From Myxococcota bacterium (lineage in GTDB: Bacteria; Myxococcota_A; UBA9160; UBA6930), in assembly GCA_965223415.1 (NCBI GenBank), contig OZ245002.1, positions 2,336,001 to 2,400,000 on the forward strand: 64,000 nucleotides of DNA, written 5' to 3'. Positions 47,955 to 56,716 of this stretch are shown here, piece by piece. Each line of letters starts with the position of its first letter. The stretch's first letter is position 1. The position numbers were made by a program, and so were the translations under genes. Under the pieces are notes generated by a model, which was given only the letters and a program-made list of their open reading frames with translations, searched no databases and was not told the origin of the DNA.

Positions 47955-49444
47955 CGGACGTGGACCGCTCGCTCGTCACGCTGGTCTGCGTCGGCGGCTA
48001 CCTCGCGCTCTGCATCGCCGTGGGCCTGTGGGCCATGACGCGCACGCGCACCAGCCGCGATTTCTTCGTCGCCGGCCGCAACCTGGGCGTCCTCGTGACC
48101 GGCGTGGCGATTTTCTCGAGCACCCTCTCCGGCTTCGGCTTCGTGGGCGGGCCGGGCCTCACCTACCGCATGGGCATGAGCTCGGTGTGGATGATCCTCA
48201 CCTCCGTCACCGGCTACGTGCTGGCCTTCGCGCTGCTGGCCAAGCGCATCCGGGTGATCGCCGAGCTGCGCGACTCGGTCTCGCTCCCCGATCTGGTCGC
48301 CGCCCGCTACGGCAGCGAGCTGACGCGCTTCCTGATGGCGCTGGCCATCCTGCTCGGCGTGCTCGGCTACCTGGCCACCCAGGTGCTGGCGATGGCGACC
48401 GTGCTCCAGGACATCCTGCGAGGGATGGACTGGGAGGTGGGGCTCGTCGCCTGCGCGGTGTTCTCCTCGGCGATCCTGATCTTCTACTGCGTGACCGGCG
48501 GCGTCATCGCCTCCGTCTACACGGATCTGCTCCAGGGCGTGATGATGTTCGTGGCCGCCTTCCTGGTCGTGCTCACCGCCCAGGGCGCGGTGGAGGGCGG
48601 CTTCGAGGGGATGTCGCGCACGATCCTGGCCGACGATCCGGAGGCGATCGGGCCGTGGGGCACCTTCGGCATGCTCGCCACCCTCTCGTGGTTCTTCCTC
48701 TTCCTGCTCGGCACCTGCGGCCAGCCCCACGTGGTGACGAAGTTCATGATGTTCCGCCGGGTCTCCGACGCGCGGCACATCCTCCCGCTCTCGCTGGCGG
48801 GCTACACGGTCTCCGCGTTGCTCTGGATCTTCGTCGGCCTCGCGATGCGGGCGCTCGTGCTGCAGGGTGCGCACCCGGAGCTCGAGTCCGCGGACGCGGC
48901 CTCCGCCGCCTTCCTCCAGGCCTTCGCCCATCCCGTGCTGGCCGGCGTCGTCTTCGCCGGCCTGCTGGCGGCGATCATGTCGACCGCCGACGCCTTCCTC
49001 GGGATCGGCGCCGCCGTGATCGTGCACGACATCCCCGTCGCCCTGCGCGGACGGCCCCTCGAGGGAGAGCTGCGCTGGGCGCGCATCGCGACGGCGGGGC
49101 TCGGCGCCGCGGCCACCGCCTTCGCCCTCTACTCCCACTACGTGAACCAGCGCCTGGTGCTCTTCCTCGGCGTCTTCGGCGCGGCCACCTTCGCGGCGGC
49201 GATGGTCCCGACCCTGGCCATCGGCTTCAACTGGAAGCGGGCCACGGCCCGCGCCGCCAACGCGGCGATCGCCGCGAGCCTGCTGATCAACGTGGGCCTG
49301 GAGCTGGCGGACGTGAAGCTGCCCTACGGCATCCACGGCGGGATTCCGGCGCTCCTGGCGGCGCTGATCCTCTTCCTGGGGATCTCGCTGCTCTCGAAGC
49401 CGGAGCCGTTGCCGCCGGACATCGATGCGGCGATGGAGCTCTAG
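47951..49444 (+). CDS. sodium:solute symporter (PutP/PanF-like)
   Basis: DFFVAGR, SGFGFVGGPG, YTDLLQG, GQPHV, AAIMSTAD. Confidence 0.95.
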   Translation: MTDVDRSLVTLVCVGGYLALCIAVGLWAMTRTRTSRDFFVAGRNLGVLVTGVAIFSSTLSGFGFVGGPGLTYRMGMSSVWMILTSVTGYVLAFALLAKRIRVIAELRDSVSLPDLVAARYGSELTRFLMALAILLGVLGYLATQVLAMATVLQDILRGMDWEVGLVACAVFSSAILIFYCVTGGVIASVYTDLLQGVMMFVAAFLVVLTAQGAVEGGFEGMSRTILADDPEAIGPWGTFGMLATLSWFFLFLLGTCGQPHVVTKFMMFRRVSDARHILPLSLAGYTVSALLWIFVGLAMRALVLQGAHPELESADAASAAFLQAFAHPVLAGVVFAGLLAAIMSTADAFLGIGAAVIVHDIPVALRGRPLEGELRWARIATAGLGAAATAFALYSHYVNQRLVLFLGVFGAATFAAAMVPTLAIGFNWKRATARAANAAIAASLLINVGLELADVKLPYGIHGGIPALLAALILFLGISLLSKPEPLPPDIDAAMEL

Positions 49445-49544
49445 ATCTATAGCGATGCGACGACGGCGACGACCCACCCGGTGATGGCTGCATCGAGACG
49501 CCGCCGAGCCTTGCCCCTCAAGCGGAGTCCAGTATCATCCGAAG

Positions 49545-49561
49545 ATACCCCCTAGGGGTAT
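49545..49561. promoter_or_regulatory. CsoR/RcnR-type operator
   Basis: ATACCCC-CTA-GGGGTAT immediately upstream of the cus cluster, abutting a TATGGT -10 box. Confidence 0.8.
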
Positions 49562-49572
49562 ATGGTGCCTCC

Positions 49573-49986
49573 ATGAAGCGACACGGCTGGCTCATCCTTT
49601 CGCTCGTCGCCCTATTCGGGCTCCGGGCTCCGCTCTGCGTGTACGCCTGTGTCGCGGTCGGGGCGCAGCCCGCAACGGCTTCGACCCCGCCGCTCTCCGA
49701 AGCCTACGCCTCCTGCCACGGGGACGGCAGGGATGGAGACGCAGGCGCGGGGCCCGACGCGCCGGCACCGACGCACCACGAGTGCGATTGCGGCCGGGTC
49801 CAGATGCTCGTTGCCAAGAGCCAGGCGAAGCAAGCCGCGGGCCTCTCGAAGATGCACGCTCCTTCCGTTGCAGCCGCGGCCGTCGTCCTGCCCGCCGCCC
49901 ACCGCCGCCCGATCCGCGCCTGGAAGCGCTTCGAACGCCTTCCGCCCCCCGACCTCCTCGCCCTGAACTCGACGCTCCGGCTCTGA
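49573..49986 (+). CDS. small Cys/His-containing leader-type protein upstream of cusCBA
   Basis: Hydrophobic N-terminus, CVYAC, SCH, HHECDC, C-terminal PPP..L..LRL. Confidence 0.65.
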   Translation: MKRHGWLILSLVALFGLRAPLCVYACVAVGAQPATASTPPLSEAYASCHGDGRDGDAGAGPDAPAPTHHECDCGRVQMLVAKSQAKQAAGLSKMHAPSVAAAAVVLPAAHRRPIRAWKRFERLPPPDLLALNSTLRL

Positions 49987-50112
49987 CGCCTCCGGTCTCG
50001 GGACCCGGCCGTTCGCCGTCGGTCCCGCACCCTGGTGGAGCGCGCGCGCTCCGCCAGCCTCGCCCGCGCTTCGACGCGAGCGGGTGTGTCACCGAGATCC
50101 AGGAGAATCTGC

Positions 50113-51396
50113 ATGAGGAGCTTCCCGCCTCTGCCGGGCTGCGCCGCGCTGCTGGCGTGCTTCGGCTTCGCCACGTCTCTCGCCGCCGAGTCGCTCCCGT
50201 CCCCGCTTCCGCTCGTCTGGTGTCTGGAGCGCGCCGCGGTCGCGAACCCGTCGATTGCACACGGCGCGGCGCGCCGGGACGCCGCTCGGGCGCGCGTTCG
50301 GCCCGCGGGGGCCCTGGACGATCCCCGCATCCGCTACGAGGCGAGCAACGTTCCGGTCGGTGATCTGGACTTCCGCTCGACGCCGCTGTCCGGCCATCAG
50401 CTCGGTCTGAGCCAACGCTTGCCGTTTCCCGGGCTGCTCGCGAACCGCGAGGCCGCGGCCGAGGCCGGCGCCGAGGCCGCCGCGTTCGCGCTCGAGGACC
50501 GGGAGCTCGCCATCGCTGCGGCGGTAGAGACCGCCTGGGCCGAGCTTGGCTTCGCTCAGCGCGCGTTCGACATCACGGACCGCAACATCGACCTGCTCAA
50601 GCGGCTCGTGCAGGCCGCTGAGGCGCGGTACCGGGTCGGCTCGGGCCTCCAGCAGGACGTCCTCCGCGCCCAGGTCGAGCTGACGGCCCTCCTTGCCGAG
50701 AAGCTGACCCGTCAGGCGTGGATCGAACGCGCCTCCGGAGCCCTCGAGTCCCTCCTCGACCTTCCGGCAAAGACGTCCTTCCCGCGCACGGAGGGCCTCT
50801 CGGATGCCGCGACCGTTCCACAGCTCCCGCACCTCGCCGAGGAACTCGAGACCCGGAACGCGCGGCTCCTCTCGCTCGCTTCCGACGTGCGGGAGGCGGA
50901 GCGACTCGTCCGGGTGGCGGAGCTGGAGGGCTATCCGGACTTCGATCTCGGGCTCGGCTACCGCGTTCGTCACGCCGTAGGCGGCGACGCGGTCCGGGGC
51001 GACGACTTCCTGGGGGCCTTCGTAAGCGTTCGCCTTCCGGTGAACCGTGCCAAGTGGCACGACCGGGCGGCCGAGCGCCGAGCTCTCCTCCGACGTTCAC
51101 AGGCCGCCTACCGCGGTGCGCGTGCCGAGCTGCACGGCGCGTTGCGGACGGCGTACGCCGAGCTGGTGCGCGCCGATGCCGAGCGTACTCTGCTTCGCAC
51201 CGGCCTCGTGCCCCAGGCCCGCCAGTCCCTCGATTCGAGCCGCTCGGCCTACGCGGTCGGGCGCATCGATTTCCCGGCCTTGCTCGACAGCCAGGTGCGC
51301 TTCCATTCGGCGGAGCTCCGCCTGGTCCGCGCCGAGGCGGATCGCCGACAGGCCTACGCGGCCCTCGAGGTCGCAGCCGGGGAGAACCTCCGATGA
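50113..51396 (+). CDS. cusC: TolC-family outer membrane efflux protein
   Basis: ANPSI, SQRLPFPG, RYRVG..QQDVLRAQVE, YAVGRIDF..LLD. Confidence 0.85.
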   Translation: MRSFPPLPGCAALLACFGFATSLAAESLPSPLPLVWCLERAAVANPSIAHGAARRDAARARVRPAGALDDPRIRYEASNVPVGDLDFRSTPLSGHQLGLSQRLPFPGLLANREAAAEAGAEAAAFALEDRELAIAAAVETAWAELGFAQRAFDITDRNIDLLKRLVQAAEARYRVGSGLQQDVLRAQVELTALLAEKLTRQAWIERASGALESLLDLPAKTSFPRTEGLSDAATVPQLPHLAEELETRNARLLSLASDVREAERLVRVAELEGYPDFDLGLGYRVRHAVGGDAVRGDDFLGAFVSVRLPVNRAKWHDRAAERRALLRRSQAAYRGARAELHGALRTAYAELVRADAERTLLRTGLVPQARQSLDSSRSAYAVGRIDFPALLDSQVRFHSAELRLVRAEADRRQAYAALEVAAGENLR

Positions 51397-52844
51397 GTCG
51401 CAACACCCTCTTCTCGGTCTTCGCCGTCTTCCTGGGGCTCGCCGCTGGCTGGTGGGGTCGCAGCGTCCTGGGCGGCGAGCAGGCCCACGACGCCTCGCCC
51501 GCCGCGTCCGAGGGCGGGCCCTGTCGAGGCGGCACTGCTCCCCTGTACTGGAAGGCTCCGATGGACCCCACCTACATCCGGCAGCAGCCGGGCATGTCTC
51601 CGATGGGCATGGACCTGGTGCCCGTGTGTCCCGGCGAGGCCGGGGCGCCCTCGGAAGGCGCCGTCGAGATCGATCCCCACACCGTCCAGAACATCGGCGT
51701 CCGCACGCAGACCGTGACCCGCCGTGATCTCGCCCGCTCGATCCGCGCGGTGGGCCGCGTCGTCTACGACGAGCGGCGAGTGGAGCACGTCCACACCAAG
51801 GTGCAGGGCTGGGTCGAGCGGCTCCACGTGGACTTCGTGGGCCAGGAGGTGCGGCGCGGGCAGCCCCTCCTCGAGGTCTACTCCCCGGAGCTGGTCGCGA
51901 CCCAGGAGGAGCTGCTCGTCGCTGCACGCTATCGGGAGGCCACGAGCACGAGCCCCTTCGAAGACGTGCGGGGAGGGGGCGCCTCCCTCTACGAGGCCAC
52001 GCGGCGCCGTCTCGAGCTGTGGGACATCCCGGATCGGGACATCGACCGGCTCCTCGAGACGGGCGAGATCCAGAAGACGCTCACCATGTATGCGCCCACC
52101 CGCGGCGTCGTCACCTCGCTCGGAGTGCGCGCCGGCATGGAGGTCGGGCCGAACCAGAACCTCTACACCATCGCCGACCTGTCGCAGGTCTGGGTGGTCG
52201 CCGACGTCTACGAGTACGAGCTCCCGTGGCTCGCCCTCGGCCAGACCGGCACCGTCGAGCTCGCGTACCTTCCCGGCAAGACGTTCTCCGGCCCGCTCAC
52301 CTACGTATCGCCGTTCCTCGACTCGAAGACCCGCACCGCCGAGGTGCGACTCGAGCTCCCCAACCCGGACGGAGCGCTCCGGCCGGAGATGTTCGGGAAC
52401 ATGATCATCCGCGGTGCGCCGCGCGAAGCGGTCGTCGCAGTCCCTTCCGAGGCCGTGATCCGATCCGGGCGGCGGAGCCTCGTCGTCGTCGCGCTCGGCG
52501 AGGGGCGCTTCGCCCCGCGTCCCGTCTCCATGGGCCTCGACTCGGGTGACGGCTGGCTCGAGGTGCAAGGCGGGTTGTCGGCCGGCGAGGAGATCGTCGT
52601 ATCGAGCCACTTCCTGATCGACAGCGAGAGCAACCTCCAGGAGGCCGTCCGCAAGCTTCTCGCCGCCGGCGCTCCGGAGGGCGAGGGGCACGCGGGTCAC
52701 GAGATGCCGTCGGCCGCGGATCCGCACGCGGGTCACGAGATGCCGTCGGCCGCGGATCCGCACGCGGGTCACGAGATGCCGGGGGCATCGGACGCGCCTC
52801 CAGCCGGTGACCAAGGCGGTGCCCACGACGGCGGCCAGGAGTAG
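51393..52844 (+). CDS. cusB: RND membrane-fusion protein, CusB-like
   Basis: YWKAPMDP..PGMSPMGMDLVP, YSPELVATQEE, LRPEMF, FLIDSES; His/Met-rich tail. Confidence 0.9.
   Translation: MSRNTLFSVFAVFLGLAAGWWGRSVLGGEQAHDASPAASEGGPCRGGTAPLYWKAPMDPTYIRQQPGMSPMGMDLVPVCPGEAGAPSEGAVEIDPHTVQNIGVRTQTVTRRDLARSIRAVGRVVYDERRVEHVHTKVQGWVERLHVDFVGQEVRRGQPLLEVYSPELVATQEELLVAARYREATSTSPFEDVRGGGASLYEATRRRLELWDIPDRDIDRLLETGEIQKTLTMYAPTRGVVTSLGVRAGMEVGPNQNLYTIADLSQVWVVADVYEYELPWLALGQTGTVELAYLPGKTFSGPLTYVSPFLDSKTRTAEVRLELPNPDGALRPEMFGNMIIRGAPREAVVAVPSEAVIRSGRRSLVVVALGEGRFAPRPVSMGLDSGDGWLEVQGGLSAGEEIVVSSHFLIDSESNLQEAVRKLLAAGAPEGEGHAGHEMPSAADPHAGHEMPSAADPHAGHEMPGASDAPPAGDQGGAHDGGQE
52689..52781 (+). repeat. 36-bp coding tandem repeat (HAGHEMPSAADP x2.6)
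   Basis: CACGCGGGTCACGAGATGCCGTCGGCCGCGGATCCG exact at 52689 and 52725, partial at 52761. Confidence 0.95.
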
Positions 52845-52847
52845 GCC

Positions 52848-55800
52848 ATGCTGAAGCGCGTCGTCGAGGCCTCCGCCCGCAACCCCTTCTTCGTCGCCCT
52901 CGGGGTGGCCGTGCTGGTCGCTTGGGGGGGCTACGCCGTCTGGAATACGGCGCTCGATGCGATCCCGGACCTCTCCGACGTCCAGGTCATCGTCTTCACG
53001 GAGTACCCGGGGCAGGCGCCCCAGGTCGTCGAGGACCAGGTCACCTATCCGCTCTCGACGGCGATGCTCGGCGTCCCCCAGGCCGAGGTGGTCCGCGGCT
53101 ACTCCTTCTTCGGTCTCTCTTTCGTCTACGTCATCTTCGACGAGGGGACCGATCTCTACTGGGCGAGGAGCCGGGTCCTCGAGTCCCTGAACTTCGTCTC
53201 CGCTCGCCTTCCCCAGGGCGTCGCGCCCATCCTCGGCCCCGACGCGACCGGCGTCGGCTGGGTGTACGAGTACGCGCTCGTGGACCGGAGCGGGAACCAC
53301 GATCTCTCCGAGCTCCGCTCGATCCAGGACTGGCACCTGCGCTACGAGCTCCAGACGGTGCCCGGCGTGGCAGAGGTGGCCAGCGTCGGAGGCTATGTCC
53401 GCCAATACCAGGTGGAGCTCGACCCGACCAGGCTCGCGGCCCACGCCGTCTCCTTGGGCCAGGTGCGGCGCGCCATCCAGCGGAGCAACAGCGACGTCGG
53501 TGGGCGACTCCTCGAGATGGCCGAGTCGGAGTTCATGATCCGCGGGCGCGGCTACGTCCAATCGGTGCGGGACCTCGAGGAGGTGGCCGTCGGCGTCGAT
53601 CAGCACGGGACGCCGATCCTGCTCCGGAACGTGGGGACCGTCGCGTTGGGTCCGGAGCTCCGCCGGGGCGTCACTGATCTGGACGGGGAAGGCGAGGTCG
53701 CCGCGGGGGTGGTCGTCATGCGCTTCGGTGAGAACGCCCTCGAGACGATCCGGGGCGTCCGGAACCGTCTGGCGGAGCTGGCTGATACGCTTCCGGAGGG
53801 CGTCGAGATCGTCCCCGTCTACGACCGCGCTCCGCTCATCGAGCGCGCTGTCGACAACCTCCGGGGGAAGCTCCTCCAGCAGGGGCTCATCGTCGCGCTG
53901 ATCTGCTTCCTGTTCCTCGTCCACCTGCGGAGTGCACTCGTCGCGATCCTGATCCTTCCGCTGGGCATCCTCTTCTCCTTCATCGTCATGTACCACCAGG
54001 GCATCAACGCGAACATCATGTCCCTGGGTGGCATCGCGATCGCCATCGGGACGATGATCGACGCCGGGATCGTGATGGTCGAGAACGCCCACAAGCACCT
54101 GGAGCGCGACGCGGGCCGCTCCCGGCTCGACGTCCTCGTCGCCGCGGCGTCGGAGGTCGGCCCCTCGCTCTTCTTCTCGCTCCTGATCATCACCGTCTCT
54201 TTCCTGCCCATCTTCGCCCTCGAGGCCCAGGAGGGTCGGCTCTTCAAGCCCCTCGCCTTCACCAAGACCTACGCGATGGCGGGCGCGGCGATTCTCTCCA
54301 TCACCGTGGTGCCCGCGCTCATGGTCTGGCTCGTCCGGGGCCGGATCCTCCCGGAGGCGCGCAACCCCCTGAATCGGCTCGTGCTCCGGCTCTACCGGCC
54401 CGCCCTGCACGGCGCGCTCCGCTTCCGATGGGGAATCCTGGCCGCCGCCTCGGTCGCTGTGGTTGCGACTCTCTACCCACTTCGCCAGCTGGGCGGCGAG
54501 TTCATGCCGCCCCTCGACGAGGGCGACCTGCTCTACATGCCGACCACGCTTCCCGGCGTCTCGGTCACCAAGGCCAAGGAGCTGCTCCAGCAGACGGACC
54601 GCATCATCGCGAGCTTTCCCGAGGTCGAGCGGGTCTTCGGCAAGGTCGGGCGCGCGGAGACCGCCACCGATCCGGCGCCGCTCTCGATGATCGAGACGAC
54701 GATCACGCTCAAGCCGGCGTCCGAGTGGCGGGAGGGCATGACCACTCGGAAGCTCATCGCCGAGCTCGATCGCGCCATCCCCTTCCCCGGCGTCACGAAC
54801 GCCTGGACCATGCCGATCAAGACCCGCATCGACATGCTCTCGACCGGCATCAAGACGCCCGTCGGCATCAAGATCGGGGGGGCCGACCTGACCGAGCTGC
54901 AGCGCATCGGTGCGGACGTGGAAGCTGCGCTCCGCGGCGTCCCCGGGACGCTTAGCGTCTACGCCGAGCGAGTGGTCGGTGGCAACTACCTCGACTTCGA
55001 GATCGACCGGCGTCGCATCGCGCGCTACGGGCTCACGGTGGGGGACGTCCAGGACGTCATCCAGACCGCGATCGGCGGCCAGAACGTGAGCCAGGCGATC
55101 GTGGGCCTCGAGCGCTACCCGGTGAACCTTCGCTACAGCCGGGAGCTTCGCCACGACGTGGCCTCCCTCGAGCGGGTCCTGGTGCCGACCCCCGGCGGTG
55201 CCCAGGTCCCCCTCGCGCAGCTGGCCGACTTCGAGCTGCGCAAGGGCCCTTCCTCCATCAAGACCGAGAACGGCCGGCCCAACGCCTGGGTGTACGTCGA
55301 CCTGGACGGGATCGATGTCGGGAGCTACGTGGCCGCCGCGACGCGAGCGATCGAGGAGCGCGTCGAGCTGCCGCCCGGGTACACGCTCACATGGAGCGGG
55401 CAGTACGAGTACCTGGAGCGTGTGACGGCGCGTCTCTCTCTCATCGTCCCCGTGACGCTCGGGATCATCTTCCTTCTGCTCTACGTGAGCTTCCGTCGCG
55501 TAGGCGACACGCTGATCGTGATCGCCTGCATTCCCTTCGCCCTCGTCGGCGGCGTGGTCCTCCTCTGGCTCCTCGACTACGACTTCAGCGCCGCCGTGGC
55601 CGCCGGCTTCCTGGCCCTTGCCGGACTGACGGCCGAGACGGGCGTCATCATGCTGCTCTTCCTGAACCAGGCGAGGGCCCGCCTCCTCGAGGAAGGCCGG
55701 CTGCGGAACCGGGCGGACCTGTGGAACGCGATCGTCCAGGGTGCCACCGATCGCGCCAGGCCCCTGCTCATGACCGTTGCCTCCGACGTGATCGGCCTGC

Positions 55801-56006
55801 TGCCCATCATGTGGGGTGCGGGCACGGGCTCGGAGACCATGCGCCGGATCGCCGCGCCCATGGTCGGCGGCGTGCTCTCCGCCACCTTCGCCGCGCTCAT
55901 CGTCGTGCCGATCCTCTTCGCGCTCGTCCACGGTCGGGGCCTCGCGGCCGGAGAAGGGGCGCCTAGGCGACCGAGCCCCCGTCGACCACGAGCTCGGTGC
56001 CGGTGA
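52848..56006 (+). CDS. cusA: CusA/SilA heavy-metal RND efflux pump
   Basis: DAIPDLSDVQVI, GPDATGVGW, EFMPPLDEGDLLYMP, AWTMPIKTRIDML, MRRIAAPMVGG. Confidence 0.95.
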   Translation: MLKRVVEASARNPFFVALGVAVLVAWGGYAVWNTALDAIPDLSDVQVIVFTEYPGQAPQVVEDQVTYPLSTAMLGVPQAEVVRGYSFFGLSFVYVIFDEGTDLYWARSRVLESLNFVSARLPQGVAPILGPDATGVGWVYEYALVDRSGNHDLSELRSIQDWHLRYELQTVPGVAEVASVGGYVRQYQVELDPTRLAAHAVSLGQVRRAIQRSNSDVGGRLLEMAESEFMIRGRGYVQSVRDLEEVAVGVDQHGTPILLRNVGTVALGPELRRGVTDLDGEGEVAAGVVVMRFGENALETIRGVRNRLAELADTLPEGVEIVPVYDRAPLIERAVDNLRGKLLQQGLIVALICFLFLVHLRSALVAILILPLGILFSFIVMYHQGINANIMSLGGIAIAIGTMIDAGIVMVENAHKHLERDAGRSRLDVLVAAASEVGPSLFFSLLIITVSFLPIFALEAQEGRLFKPLAFTKTYAMAGAAILSITVVPALMVWLVRGRILPEARNPLNRLVLRLYRPALHGALRFRWGILAAASVAVVATLYPLRQLGGEFMPPLDEGDLLYMPTTLPGVSVTKAKELLQQTDRIIASFPEVERVFGKVGRAETATDPAPLSMIETTITLKPASEWREGMTTRKLIAELDRAIPFPGVTNAWTMPIKTRIDMLSTGIKTPVGIKIGGADLTELQRIGADVEAALRGVPGTLSVYAERVVGGNYLDFEIDRRRIARYGLTVGDVQDVIQTAIGGQNVSQAIVGLERYPVNLRYSRELRHDVASLERVLVPTPGGAQVPLAQLADFELRKGPSSIKTENGRPNAWVYVDLDGIDVGSYVAAATRAIEERVELPPGYTLTWSGQYEYLERVTARLSLIVPVTLGIIFLLLYVSFRRVGDTLIVIACIPFALVGGVVLLWLLDYDFSAAVAAGFLALAGLTAETGVIMLLFLNQARARLLEEGRLRNRADLWNAIVQGATDRARPLLMTVASDVIGLLPIMWGAGTGSETMRRIAAPMVGGVLSATFAALIVVPILFALVHGRGLAAGEGAPRRPSPRRPRARCR

Positions 56007-56709
56007 CGTAGGCCGACGCGTCCGAGAGCAGGAACAGCACCGCGTCGGAGATGTCGTCCTTCGTCCCGTAGCGCTGGATCGGGAACGCCTTCGCGGCCTC
56101 GGCGATGGTCTCGCGGTCCCGGGTCGAGCCGAACATCCCCGTCTCCTCGATGCCGCCCGGGTGGATCGAGTTCACCCGGATCCCGTCGGGGCCCAGCTCC
56201 ACGGCCGCGGCCTTCGTGAGCCCGCGCACCGCCCACTTGGAGGTCATGTAGGAGCTGAGGCCCGGGAAGGCCTTCAGCCCCGCGGTCGACGAGATGTTCA
56301 CGATCGAGCCGCCCTCCCCCGCGCGCAGCAGCGGTGCCGCTTTGCGGATTCCCCACCAGGTGCCGACGACGTTCACGCGCAGCAGCCGCTCGAAGCCTTC
56401 CGGGTCCTCCTCTTCGAGGAGCGCCTGGCGCAGCAAGGCGGCGTTGTTCACCAGGCCATCGAGGCCTCCGAAGCGGTCGCGGGCCAGGGACACGGCGCGG
56501 TCCCAGTCCTCCTCGCGGGAGACGTCCTGGGCCACGAAGGCGGCGGCGTCGCCGAGCTCCTTGGCGACGGCACGCCCCGCCTCCTCGGCCACGTCGGTGA
56601 GCACGACGCGGGCGCCGGCCGCCACGAGCCGCCGCGCGTGGTTCTCGCCCATTCCCCGGGCGGCACCGGTCACGAGCACGACCTTGCCGTCGAGCTGCTG
56701 CATCGCCAT
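55963..56709 (-). CDS. SDR, 3-alpha,20-beta-HSD-like
   Basis: TGAARGMG, LVNNA, SIVNISS, YMTSKWAVRG, NSIHPG. Confidence 0.9.
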   Translation of the reverse strand: MAMQQLDGKVVLVTGAARGMGENHARRLVAAGARVVLTDVAEEAGRAVAKELGDAAAFVAQDVSREEDWDRAVSLARDRFGGLDGLVNNAALLRQALLEEEDPEGFERLLRVNVVGTWWGIRKAAPLLRAGEGGSIVNISSTAGLKAFPGLSSYMTSKWAVRGLTKAAAVELGPDGIRVNSIHPGGIEETGMFGSTRDRETIAEAAKAFPIQRYGTKDDISDAVLFLLSDASAYVTGTELVVDGGSVA

Positions 56710-56716
56710 GGGACGG

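Noticed and set aside
52689..52781. 36-bp repeats of CRISPR-like length
   Set aside because: Head-to-tail with no spacers and in frame within cusB.
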